Shown in pieces: positions 24,801 to 36,112 of a stretch of 64,000 nucleotides of DNA. The translations under genes were made by a program, and so were the position numbers. Below the pieces are notes generated by a model. It saw nothing but the letters and a program-made list of their open reading frames with translations. It did not search any database and was not told the origin of the DNA. Each line of letters starts with the position of its first letter. Within the stretch, counting starts at the first letter, position 1. This stretch comes from Eledone cirrhosa. Lineage: Eukaryota. The stretch is from positions 98,580,001 to 98,644,000 of the forward strand of contig OZ024745.1 in NCBI GenBank assembly GCA_964016885.1, read 5' to 3'.

Positions 24801-25656
24801 GTGGTATGTGGTGAAAATACAAGGGAGGGAGGGGGGTCACTACTTTGATGGTGTGGTGGTATGTGGTGAAAATACATGGGGGAGGTCACTACTTTGATGG
24901 TGTGGTGGTATGTGGTGAAAATTCAAGGGAGGGAGGGGGGTCACTACTTTGATGGTGTGGTGGTATGTGGTGAAAATAGAAGGGAGGAAGGGGGCTCACT
25001 ACTTTGATGGTGTGGTGGTATGTGGTGAAAATACAAGGGAGGAAGGGGGGTCACTACTTTGATGGTGTGGTGGTATGTGGTGAAAATAGAAGGGAGGAAG
25101 GGGGCTCACTACTTTGATGGTGTGGTGGTATGTGGTGAAAATACAAGGGAGGAAGGGTGGTCACTATTTTAATGGTGTGGTGGTATGTGGTGAAAATACA
25201 AGGGAGGAAGAGGGGGGTCACTACTTTGATGGTGTGGTGGTATGTGGTGAAAATACAAGGGAGGAAGAGGGGGGTCACTACTTTGATGGTGTGGTGGTAT
25301 GCGGTGAAAATACAAGGGAGGAAGGGGGCGTCACTATTTTGATGGTGTGGTGGTATGTGGTGAAAATACAAGGGAGGAAGGGGGGTCACTACTTTGATGG
25401 TGTGGTGGTATGTGGTGAAAATACAAGGGAGGGAGGGGGGTCACTACTTTGATGGTGTGGTGGTATGTGGTGAAAATTCAAGGGAGGAAGGGGGGGGGGG
25501 GGGGTCACTGCTTTGATGGTGTGGTGGTATGTGGTGAAAATACAAGGGAGGAAGGGGGGTCACTACTTTGATGGTGTGGTGGTATGTGGTGAAAATACAA
25601 GGGAGGAAGGGGGCGTCACTACTTTGATGGTGTGGTGGTATGTGGAGAAAATACAA
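21856..25656. repeat. G-rich minisatellite, ~55 bp unit, about 70 copies
   Basis: Core GGTCACTA(C/T)TTTGATGGTGTGGTGGTATGTGGTGAAAATACA plus variable AGGGAGG(A/G)AGGGG linker; higher-order duplication at offset 1464. Confidence 0.98.
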
Positions 25657-25899
25657 ATATTTGTGGAGGAAATTTATAAGCTTTTCTCAAATGTACCCAA
25701 GGGGCAAAGTTCTTACTCAATTCTAAAACATATAGATTCAATATGACAATGTTATTCCAATGTCACATTTTTAGGGAAGGTAAGTTGTTGCCACTGCAGC
25801 TAATACTTGGGTTTCTTGCACCTAGAAATTCCAAGGAGTTTGGGTGTTTCATTGTATATTATTGAAAAGGGTGTGAAATTGTAGCATGCTTGTTAGAAA

Positions 25900-26477
25900 C
25901 TAAACAATCTGATAGTATCTAGAATAAGGACGGGTTGGAAGAAGTTTAAGGAGCTGCTCCCTCTGTTGACAAAGAAGGGTTTCTCCCTGCGTACGAAAGG
26001 ACGGTTATATGATGCCTGTGTGAGAGGCGTGATGCTGTACCAAAGTGAGACATGGGCAGCAACTGCAGAAGATATGCGACGGCTGGAGAGAATGAAGCAA
26101 GTATGCTCCATTGGATGTGCAATGAATGTCAATGTGCGTGAACAACCAAGCATAGACGAGTTGAGAAAGAAACTGGGTATAAGAGGGATAAGTTGTGGTG
26201 TGCAGGAGAGAAGGCTGAGATAGTATGGACATGTGATGCGCATGGAGGATGACCAATGGGTGAAGAAGTGCCAGGAAGTCCCAGTGGAAGGAAGATGCAG
26301 TAGACTAAGACCACAAAAAACATGGCCAGAGGTGGTGAGAGCAGACCTCAGATCGCTGAAATTCACGGAGGAGATGATGAAGGAACGTGACGGGTGGAGA
26401 GATGCTGTGCTGAATAGGACCCGTCCCACCCTTGTAAGCAGGGAAAAGCGGACGTAAAATGATGATGATGATGATGA
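25900..26477 (+). mobile_element. RTE LINE 3' fragment (family C)
   Basis: [35 protein letters not shown]; ends CGTCCCACCCTTGTAAGCAGGGAAAAGCGGACGTAAAA(TGA)n. Confidence 0.92.
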
Positions 26478-27143
26478 ACTGAATGTCTTGAAGAAATTAA
26501 GAAACTAAAAGACAGTTTCAATGATTTTGTTATTTGTTCCAGCACCAAGCCAACCACTCACTCTTGAAACAGAACCATATATATCTGCAGGTTCTGTCTT
26601 AAGGTAAAATGGACAGCCAGTTTACATGTATTCAAATAGATTGAAAGCTATTGAAAAGAAATGGCCCGTTGACTGAAATAATGAAATCGGAGTGAAATTA
26701 ACTATCAACACAAAACTTTAAGATTCTTATACATGAACAAGCAATAGATGTCTGATTTGTCAGTTGACCTAAATCTGTTATTAAAAATGCTAAACTGTGT
26801 CCTTGGAGACTCAGAGTACTTATATGAGGAACATAGAAATATAACAAAGAGAATTCATGAAAAGATCAGAGACACCAGCTGATATAGACAAATTGTTTAT
26901 ATGAAAAGATACAATTGCAATAATCTTATAAGAAAATATGTTACAGATAAAATTAGATTGTGTGCAAGGTAAAAATTTTGCTTCATCAAAATTACAACTG
27001 GCCAATTTATTCTATCAACAAAACCTTGACAGTTATTCACACTTGATACTTGTAGGATCAAAACGGATTACTAAAATGAGCAACTCTTACATTTTGACAG
27101 TACCCAATGTAAATGAACAAAAGTTATACTTAGTAACTAATAA

Positions 27144-27616
27144 AGCATGGCTTGGACGCTGCGGGCTTCCCTTCCCAGCTCGAGCCGGTGGGGCTGGACC
27201 GAGGGGACGGCAAAAGGCCAGATGGCATGACCATCTTCCCGTTCAGCAGTGGAAAACCCCTCATCTGGGATGCTACTTGCACCGACACTTTCTGCAGCCG
27301 CAAGCTGGTGCAGTCTGCGACTAACCCAGGTTCTGTTGCATGTTGGGCTGAGGAGGCCAAGGTCCTCAAATACCGGTCGCTCTCCGACAGGTTTGTGGTT
27401 GTACCCCTGGCAGTGAAGACTTCTGGTGTCCTCGGCCCTAGGGCTACCTCCCTACTCACCACCATAGACGCTGAGCTGACCAGCTGCAGGTGTGAACCCC
27501 GCGAGTTGGAGTGGTTTTTCCAGCGCGTCTCCCTTGCCATCCTCCGTGGGAACGCCTTCTCCATCCTGTCCGCCGGGGCTGTGGGGGAGCCCCATCGCGT
27601 AACAGTCCACATTTAG
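27144..27616 (+). mobile_element. CRE-clade retrotransposon 3' fragment encoding the restriction-like endonuclease
   Basis: EPVGLDRGDGKRPDGMTIFPFSSGKPLIWDATC...EEAKVLKY...FQRVSLAILRGNA, open for 154 codons. Confidence 0.9.
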
Positions 27617-28357
27617 GTATCCAGATTAATGGTTTTTATTAACTCGTAACTGGAAATTGAGGCTATAAAATGTCCTGCAATGAGGCTTTAGCATTATAGT
27701 GACAGTCAATATTGTTGAAACACATGTTGCATACACCTCAGAAGCAAAATGCATCAGTAATTATTTTAATGTACAGTTGACCACCACTTGTTTAGTTCTA
27801 AATCTAATTCTGTGCAGTAAGATTACATTTTGTGTGAAATACTATGTGTTTACATAGTAAATGATAGTTAAAAGACTACCTATTACAAATGCTTCTCAAA
27901 CTCAGAGAATATCAAACATAAGGTCATAGCACTTGTCTCAAAGATTTGGGCAATTCTAAAATTTTTTTTTAAATCTGAAATGCACACTTAAAATTTTCTA
28001 CAGAAATAATATGCTGCTACAAAAGGAACTTCAAACATCACTGGTGACAACTCGCTATATTATACTAAAAGAAGAGAAATAAATAAAGAAATATATAGAA
28101 ATATATTTTTGTAAATAAGACAATAGAACCGTGTGGAAATGGAAGCACCAATTGAAACATAAGTTTTAAATCTCCGAAGCCGTTTATGAAAGTATTGAAG
28201 AAGACAAGAAAACACACTTCGATCTTCCGACGTGGAAGAGGCTCCTATCAGAAGAAACCGTCACCGAATCATCATTTTTCTTACCTGTTGCATAAACCTG
28301 GCTGGACACAGAACACTGCACAAACATTCTAAAAGTTCTATAGAGTTATGAAATAAT

Positions 28358-28540
28358 TGTTTCTACTTTTGGCACAAGGCCAGCAATTATCCCAGTGCAT
28401 TACTGGTACTTTATTTTATCGACCCTGTAAGGATGAAAGGCAAAGTTAACCTCGGCGGGATTTGAACTCAGAATGGCTAGGGCCATAACTCTATGCGTCA
28501 AAGCATGGCGTCGGACCCTCTACCGATACTACCAATCCAC
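28358..28540 (-). mobile_element. Meta-like SINE with perfect 20 bp target-site duplication
   Basis: CTATAGAGTTATGAAATAAT at 28338-28357 and 28541-28560. Confidence 0.9.
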
Positions 28541-28692
28541 CTATAGAGTTATGAAATAATACATATGAATAAGCCATAGATGACGAACATCATTAAGTAA
28601 TGTCAGTTTCATGAGGAGATAAAACGCCTCCACCCTTTTGAAGGGAAAAAAAAAAAAAAATGAGTATAAATCCTGGAAAACTGTAAGTCCGG

Positions 28693-28725
<33 letters not shown>

Positions 28726-29099
28726 ACAAGGGGTTGGCACTCCAAATTCACTATTCTCCTTTTACTTTGCTCCACTTTTCAAATTAAATGACACGACGGT
28801 TCAGTTATATTCAAATATTGTAAGAGCGTCCATTGAGAATATCGTTACGTTGTTTGCGAAAATGTAAAACAAATCTTTATATCCCAGACAGAAATGTTGA
28901 CTTTTATTTCTAGATACTTTTTTTATATAATTGCCTGCTGGTGGATTTTGTATTTCGCTCTATATCTTCACCATTAACAAGAGGAAGACAACGACGACAA
29001 CAGTGACATTAACAACAACAACTCTACCATTAACAAGAGGAAGCCAACCCCAGCATCAGTGACTCACCACCAGCAACTAGATCCTATGACAAACTGCTC

Positions 29100-32000
29100 A
29101 GTTGCTTGTATGTGTGCGTGCTGAACTCTGGGTCTTTCCATTAAGAACAACCCCTTGTTTTCTCCCCCCCCCCCTTTTTTTGTGTACATCCATCCATTCA
29201 CTGCCATTCTACCTTCCTGTGTCTCCCCCTCCATGCAGCCCCTTTTCGCTCTCGTTTTCTGGCACCTCCATATATATAGGTGAGCTATGCTACCCTCTTA
29301 CCAGCACTTTCCCTTCCACCCACACACGCCAGCCACCCACGCCTGATGCCGCTTGGTGCCCCAATCCCCGGCCCCACGCCCCATCCCCCACCCCTACAAA
29401 TCGACACCTGCAGCACTACTAATAAAAGGAAGAGGGGCCGGAACTGTTTGGGGTGCAGCTGCTTCCACCACCTCACCTACGTTGGCTCGACTCGTCGAGC
29501 TTCCAATGCCCTCGCAGCGTGGAGGTGCAGGAGCTGCCTCTTCCCCACGGCCGTCTGGCACACCACCAGATGGGACAGCGAGCTTGCCTGACGCCCGAGC
29601 CTCGCTGGTCAACATCGCTCGGCTCAGGCGACTCCAGAAGATCCCACTCAGGATCCCAAGAGCAGCAAGGGTGCCGGTAGCCAATGCCCTCGCTTCCTCG
29701 ATTGAGAGCGCCCTGGACTCCAATCGAGCCAGTGACTGGGAGCGGCTGTTCTATTTCACCCCACTCGCCCTCGACCTCCCCAGCTCTGGCGCTGACCGAG
29801 GCAGCCGGTCAACAGCAGCCTTCGTCAAGGCCAATGTCTCTTCATTTGGGCGAGCGCCCATTCCAAGCGTGCCCAGGGACGCCACACACCCCACCCTCAG
29901 GTACCCCCTATCCTCCACCTCTGAGGCCAGCGCCAAGCATTTGCGTGACCAGGTAAATGCAAAGCTTATCATGGGTGATGTCTCAGCCGCATTCAGAGTT
30001 GTTGCCTCGGAGGACACTGTCCTCCAACCCACAGAGGAGGTCCTGGCTGCTCTGCTGCTCAAACACCCTTGCCACCCACTGATCTCAGACACATACCCCC
30101 ACCCGAACCCCACCTGCTCATTGTGGCTACTGATGCAGATATCATGTCCGCCATCAGGTCCTTCCCAGCTAGCAGCTGCGGAAATGTTGATGGTCTCCGA
30201 CCAGGCTACCTCAAGGAGTTGGCATCCCCCCTCTCCACTGAGGCCGGGCGCCGCCTTCTGAGTGCAATTGTGGCGCTCACCAATAGGCTCATTCATGGTG
30301 CCCTCGACCCTTACGCCCGAGGCTTCTTTTTTCGGCCAGCCTCACCGCTCTCAGGAAGAAAGAGGGTGGGATACGCCCCATTACTGTGGGCAATGTCTTC
30401 CGGGGGCTGGCTACAAAGGTGATCTGCAAGTCCGTCACACACGAATTGGGTGAGGAGTTTAGTCCGGTGCAACTGGGTGTCGGCGTGTCCGGTGGCTGTG
30501 AGGGAGCCGCTCATTCAATCTGGCAGTTCTTTAGCAGCTGCCCATCGGTACCGGCATCCAGAGACTCCAGGCACCTCATTGTCAAGCTTGACATGAGGAA
30601 TGCCTTTAACTCTTTACGCCGGGATCATCTGCTCGAGGCCTACCTCAGCTGAGCCCCCTCTGCCTATCCGCTGGCCTACCTGTCATATGGAGCCCCGAGC
30701 ATGCTCCTAGCTGCTGATACGGTCATACCCTCGGCTACTGGGGTCCAACAGGGCGACCCTTTGGGACCCCTCCTGTTCGCCCTTGGTATTGACCACATCG
30801 CCCGGAGTATCCCGGCTCCTCTCAATGTTTGGTATCTGGGTGATGCTACGTTGGGCGGACCCGTACGGACGGTCTGCCAAGACCTTCGATCGGTGATTCC
30901 TGCCCTGGCAGGAATCTGCCTCCAGGTGAACTCGACCAAGTCGGAGGTGGTGAACGTCAGCCTCGATGCTGCGAGCTTTGCAGCCTCCGTCGTGGACGTG
31001 CGGTCCATTCTCCGCCAGGTTCAGGTGACCCCCAAAGAGATGTCCTCACCCTCGGGTAACCGATCCACCCGCCAGCCATCCGCTCCACCATCAGGTCCAG
31101 GCTTCAACAGCTCCAGACTCTCACAAGCCGACTGGGCTTGATTGACGGCCACCCAGCTCTCTTTCTGCTGAGGAACTGCTTCGCCATGCCAAAATCCTCT
31201 ATACACTCCGCAGCGCTCCATGCTACACCCAGACATCTCTCCTCGCTGAGCTCGATACTTGTATCCGAGCAGCAGCCATGGGGATATGCAACGTCAAGTT
31301 TGACGACATAGGGTGGCAAGAGGCCACTTTACCGGTCAGGTATGGTGGCCTTGGCCTCCGGTCCCCGATCTCACTAGCTTTGACGGCGTATCTTTCGTCG
31401 GTAACCTCGTGCCACGTCCTCGTCAGCAGGGTTCTTCAAAACACAACAGAATCCTCTGTGTTCTGAGAACGTGAGGCCGCCTGTGAGACGTGGGACCAGC
31501 TGGGACTTAGCCCAGTAGACGTCCCTCCTCCTTCTCCCCCTGTTGACGTCAAGTCCCCCCAACGCACTTGGGATGCCATCCAGTACAGCCTGGCCTCAGA
31601 CAGGCTCACGCGCCAGCTCGACCAGCACTGCCTTACTTGTTTTCCTGCGGCCTCCAAACCCCACAATGGTGCCTGGCTCCATGCCCTACCCTCCTACACT
31701 GGCACGCAGTTAAACAACCATAGCCTGCGAATCAGCGTTTCCCTGAGGCCCGGCCTCCGGATCTGCCAGCCACACCAATGTCGCTGCAGTTCCACTGGGG
31801 ACTCTTTCAGCCTCCACCCGCTTTCCTGTCACCACAGTGCCGGCCGCATTCCATGCCATGCTGCCCTCAAAGAGGTCATTAAGCATGGCTTGGATGCTGC
31901 AGGCTTCCCTTCCCAGCTCGAGCTGGTGGGGCTGGATTGAGGGGACGGCAAAAGGCCAGATGGCATGACCATCTTCCCGTTCCTCGGTGGCAAACCCTTC

Positions 32001-32418
32001 GTCTGGGATGCCACTTGCACCAACACTTTCTGCAGCCACCACCTGGTGCAGTCTGCGACTGACCCAGGTTCTGCTGCACGTCGGGCTGAGGGGGCGAAAC
32101 TCCTCAAATACCGGTCGCTCTCTGACAGGTTTGCGGTCGTTCCCCTGGCAGTGGAGACTTCTGGTGTCCTCGGCCCCAGGGCTACCTCCTTACTCATCAC
32201 CATAGGCGCTGAGCTGGCCAGCCGCAGGTGTGAGCCCTGCGAGTTGGAGTGGCTTTTCCAGCGCATACCCTTGCCGTCCTCCAGGGGAAATGCCTTCTCC
32301 ATTATGTCCATTGGGGCTGTGGGTGAGCCCCATCACGTACCAATACATTAGTTAAATACCATTCTTTCAACTGATACAACACAATAAAGACTAAAGTGTT
32401 TAAAAAAAAAAAAAAAAA
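29100..32418 (+). mobile_element. Near full-length, frameshifted CRE-clade non-LTR retrotransposon (RT + zinc knuckle + RLE)
   Basis: IRPITVG, QLGVG..GGCEGA, KLDMRNAFNSL, GVQQGDPLGPLLF, WYLGD (decayed YLDD), LPVRYGGLGLRS, GAWLHALP, CQPHQCRC..HPLSC, KRPDG..WDATC; AATAAA 32383 and poly(A) 32402-32418. 5' boundary uncertain. Confidence 0.9.
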
Positions 32419-32663
32419 GAATTGATGTTGAAGTCTTTAAAAAATATTTTCTTTCTATAACGTTATATTCTCTTATTCTATAACCTTATATTCTCTTATC
32501 TCCAGAAATCATTTTTCTTACTCTATTCTTTGAAGAGACTACTTCACTATAGTTTAATTTAACAGTCTTACACAATACATTTAGTCAATACTTCACGGTT
32601 GTTTAAATAACAACAGCTGTAGATAGTATATCTTAGTTTTAGATAAGATTCTCTTTTATTTAA

Positions 32664-32873
32664 CCCTTTAGCATTTAAATTGCCATATCCAGCCAAAATT
32701 CTCTCATCTCCTCTTTCTGTTCAAACCGGCCGTAACTGGCCATTCATACTGATGTTAAGGTATTGTTCTCAAAATAAATAATATCAAAATCTCATAGATT
32801 CGATATTATGTGAGATAAAGCCTTTACCATGAAAATACAATAGTGTATATAGAGATATATAAAGGCTAATGGG
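32664..32873 (-). mobile_element. piggyBac-type MITE copy 4
   Basis: TTAA|CCCTTTAGCATTTA...GGG|TTAA. Confidence 0.88.
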
Positions 32874-33347
32874 TTAAACCATTATGCTATTCCAAACCGT
32901 AATGTCCATATATTCTGTTTCAGCTTCATTCAATGTCTCTAGTGATGAATATCTATCTATTGGTTAATACCAATAAAAGGAAAGTGGTTCTCCAGCACAG
33001 ACCCACTGCCAGGTACAACTAGTGGACTAGTTCCACAAGTAATACTTTAGAAGGCTGCCCTATTTGTTGACAGATCCACTGGATTTAAGTTGAGATACTA
33101 ACAGAGATCAAAGTGGTAGACAATAGCCAGTCATATTTTTTGTACCCTTTCCCTCAACAATGTTGAGTGTCAGGCTGAGATCAGAGGGGCTACACTATTT
33201 TTCTTTGACTTAAACAACAAAATAATTTTTTTCAAACCTACACATACATACATGAAAATCAATTATTTATCTATTAATGACATCATTTACACAATCTATA
33301 CTATAATAAGAGAGCTGTCTGTCTCTCCATCATGTTATCTATATATA

Positions 33348-33590
33348 TAGATAGCCACGGAGTAGGCAGACCCAGAAAAACCTGGGACGACCTGATAAAT
33401 TCCGACCTCACACACTTACACCTCTCCAAGACAATGTCACTGGACCGAGATCTTTGGCGGTACTCAGTAATAGAGAAGACCCGCCTTACCTGAAATACAA
33501 AGTAAAACCTACTACAGTCAGTAGGCATCTCTAACAAAACACACCCCATGGACGTTAAACGATGATGATGATGATGATGATGATGATGAT
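33348..33590 (+). mobile_element. RTE family A 3' fragment with internally deleted 3' UTR
   Basis: [45 protein letters not shown], then short UTR and (GAT)n; 5' end in TATATATA. Confidence 0.88.
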
Positions 33591-34012
33591 AGAGAGAGGA
33601 GAATACTAATGCACCTCCCACTCTCTCTAACTAAAGTGTAATGTGCAAATGAAAGAAAAGAATACAGCTATGTGTGTGTGTGTGTGTTTCTGTGTGTCCA
33701 ACAACGCAACACAGACTTTAAAAAATGACTTTCACTATAATAACAGGTGGTGGTTGTTGTTGTTATTGAGAGAGCAATACAGTGAGACAGAGAGATTGTA
33801 TGATAGAATTATAATTTGTTTCAAGAAAAAGAACAACAGGTTGTTGTTGTTTAAAGATAAATACAGTGAGAGAGAGTGAGAGAGTAGTCACCACACTGAC
33901 AATTTTTGGTTGAAAAGCGAGAATTTTAAATGCAAATCTGTCAACGTGTTCGGAAAAAAAAACGTGTTTCTGTATGTCCTAAGGAAACCAGAATACAACT
34001 AATAGCTATTAA

Positions 34013-34216
34013 CCCTTTAACATTTACATTACTCTATATTTTCTATTATATTTTCCCCGTAAAGGCTTTACCTTGCATAATATCAAATCTATGAGATTTT
34101 GATATTTATTTTGAGAACAATACCTTAACATCAATATGAGCGGCCGTTACAGCTGGTTTGAACAGAAAGAGTTGAGAGAGTTCTGCCCGGATACGGCTAT
34201 TGTAAATGCTAAAGAG
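34013..34216 (+). mobile_element. piggyBac-type MITE copy 5
   Basis: TTAA-flanked, same body. Confidence 0.88.
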
Positions 34217-35529
34217 TTAAACTAAATTAATACTTTTATATACAATTTCTATGGCCATTACACTTCCTCTCTATTAATTCCTGACCTAATATAGCCATAA
34301 ACATTAAATCATAACAGTGATTTAAACTTCACATAAGCAAGACAACCAACACTACTTTAGTTACCAGCTGAGGTACCCGGCTTCATCCGGGAGAACAGAG
34401 AAAACGACTGTATTGGATGTGTTATTCATCCCAAATACAATCTTATAGTGAAACTCTCTCCCTATTCTGTATTCCAGCTTGTGGAGCGTAGTACAAACTG
34501 ATGTTTTGTTTCACCTCCAGCAGTTCCACAACGGATTTTCCAGTGAACTGATCAATGGAGTAGCCTGTACATGAGATAAATATGCAAGTGGTTGAATATT
34601 CCATAGAGCTGTGTACTCTTAACGTAATACTGAGGGAGATTCAGCATGACACAGTGTGTGACAAAACTGGCCCTTTGAACTTCAAAGTACAATTCATTTT
34701 CGCCAGCTGAGTAGACTGCAGCAACATAAAATAAAGTGTCTTACTCAAGGACATTACATGCCACCAGGACTCAAACTCATAATTTTACTATCCTGAGCCA
34801 AACACCCTAACTACTAATACACATGCCTTCATAAACTACATACAACAACAACACCCAAGCCTCCTTTCTATCTGATCCTATTGGCCTCTAAAATAAATTA
34901 AGAGCAATGGCTAGCTCCATTGACTTGGACACAGCAATGAAAACAAAAGCAAGAGAGAATATATGCAATACTTTCTCCTCACACTCGACACACAGATCAA
35001 TATAATCTACCATTTGACATATAACAAGAGGAGAGGGCTAACTTTGAATCTATAATTAGAATCTCCATGCTTTGTAATGAAATGAAATACAACTTTTTAT
35101 TAATTAATTATATACACTCTGTTATACACATTACCATACCTCTGATATTCTGGCATCTACTCAAGATGTTGAAAATTGTAGATGATGGAGACATTAAGGG
35201 GTAACTGGCTGAGAATAAAGCGCCAGTGGTTAAATGTTGTGCTGTGTTTCTATGAAAGATATTTAATTTGTATTCAATCTTCTGAACTTAAGTACCACAG
35301 GAAAGGCATGTCTTATTGAAATAGGCAGCAGGAGCACTCTATAATAAAAAATGTTTTATCTTCCAGTGCTAGGCTCTAAACCTCTTGTGTATCATATATA
35401 TATATATATGATACACAAGAGATATAGCGAGATATCAGATAGACTAACAGCAAGGGAAGACTTTGTAAGTAAAAAATGAACAGGGATAATGGATGGGAAG
35501 AGCATCAGTAATATAAACCTTTCTTAATC

Positions 35530-35690
35530 ACATGAAGGATCCATAGAAGTGGTTGATAGCTTCTGTTATCTAGGTGACTTAATTGGCAGCGGAGCAAGGT
35601 GCTCTGAGAACCTAATATTTAGATTGCTTATAGGATGGAAGAAGTTTAGAGAGTTACTCCCACTGTTACGTACAAAAGGATGATTGAATG
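35530..35690 (+). mobile_element. Old internal RTE fragment
   Basis: EGSIEVVDSFCYLGDLIGSG...[16 protein letters not shown]. Confidence 0.75.
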
Positions 35691-35696
35691 ATGCAT

Positions 35697-36038
35697 GGAG
35701 GCACATGGCTTAGTGGTTAGAGCATTGGCCTTGCAATCGAAAGGTTGTGAGTTCAATTCTCAGGCCGGGTGATGTGTTGTTTCCTTGTGCAAGACACTTT
35801 ATTTCGCATTGCTCCAGTTTACTCAGCTGTAGAAATGAGATGATAGGGACTGGAGTCCCTATCATTCCACTGCAAAGTGCCCGTGTAGGTACCACGGCAA
35901 AAAGCACCCAGCACTCACTGTAAATGAGGTTGATGTTAGGAAGGGCATCCAGCTGTAGAAATCAAGCCAGAATCAGTTCCCGTCCCACCCTTGCAAGCAG
36001 GGAAACGTGGACGTAAAATGATGATGATAATGATGATA
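35697..36038 (+). mobile_element. tRNA-derived SINE with RTE-derived chimeric tail (copy 2)
   Basis: Near-identical to 17127-17462; (GAT)n tail runs into (TA)nCA array, tail-to-tail with the RTE at 36113. Confidence 0.9.
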
Positions 36039-36112
36039 TATATACATATATATACATATACATATATATACATATACATATATATATACATATACATATA
36101 TATACATATATA

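Noticed and set aside
21856-25656. CRISPR-like repeat/spacer appearance and many short repetitive ORFs
   Set aside because: Linkers are ~8-20 bp G-tract variants of each other, not unique spacers; no cas genes; eukaryotic context; ORFs are frame-shifting repeat translations.
28285-28328. Minus-strand donor CAG|GTAAG with several possible acceptors
   Set aside because: No acceptor gives a frame-compatible exon with the phase-2 host exons; unsupported without transcripts.
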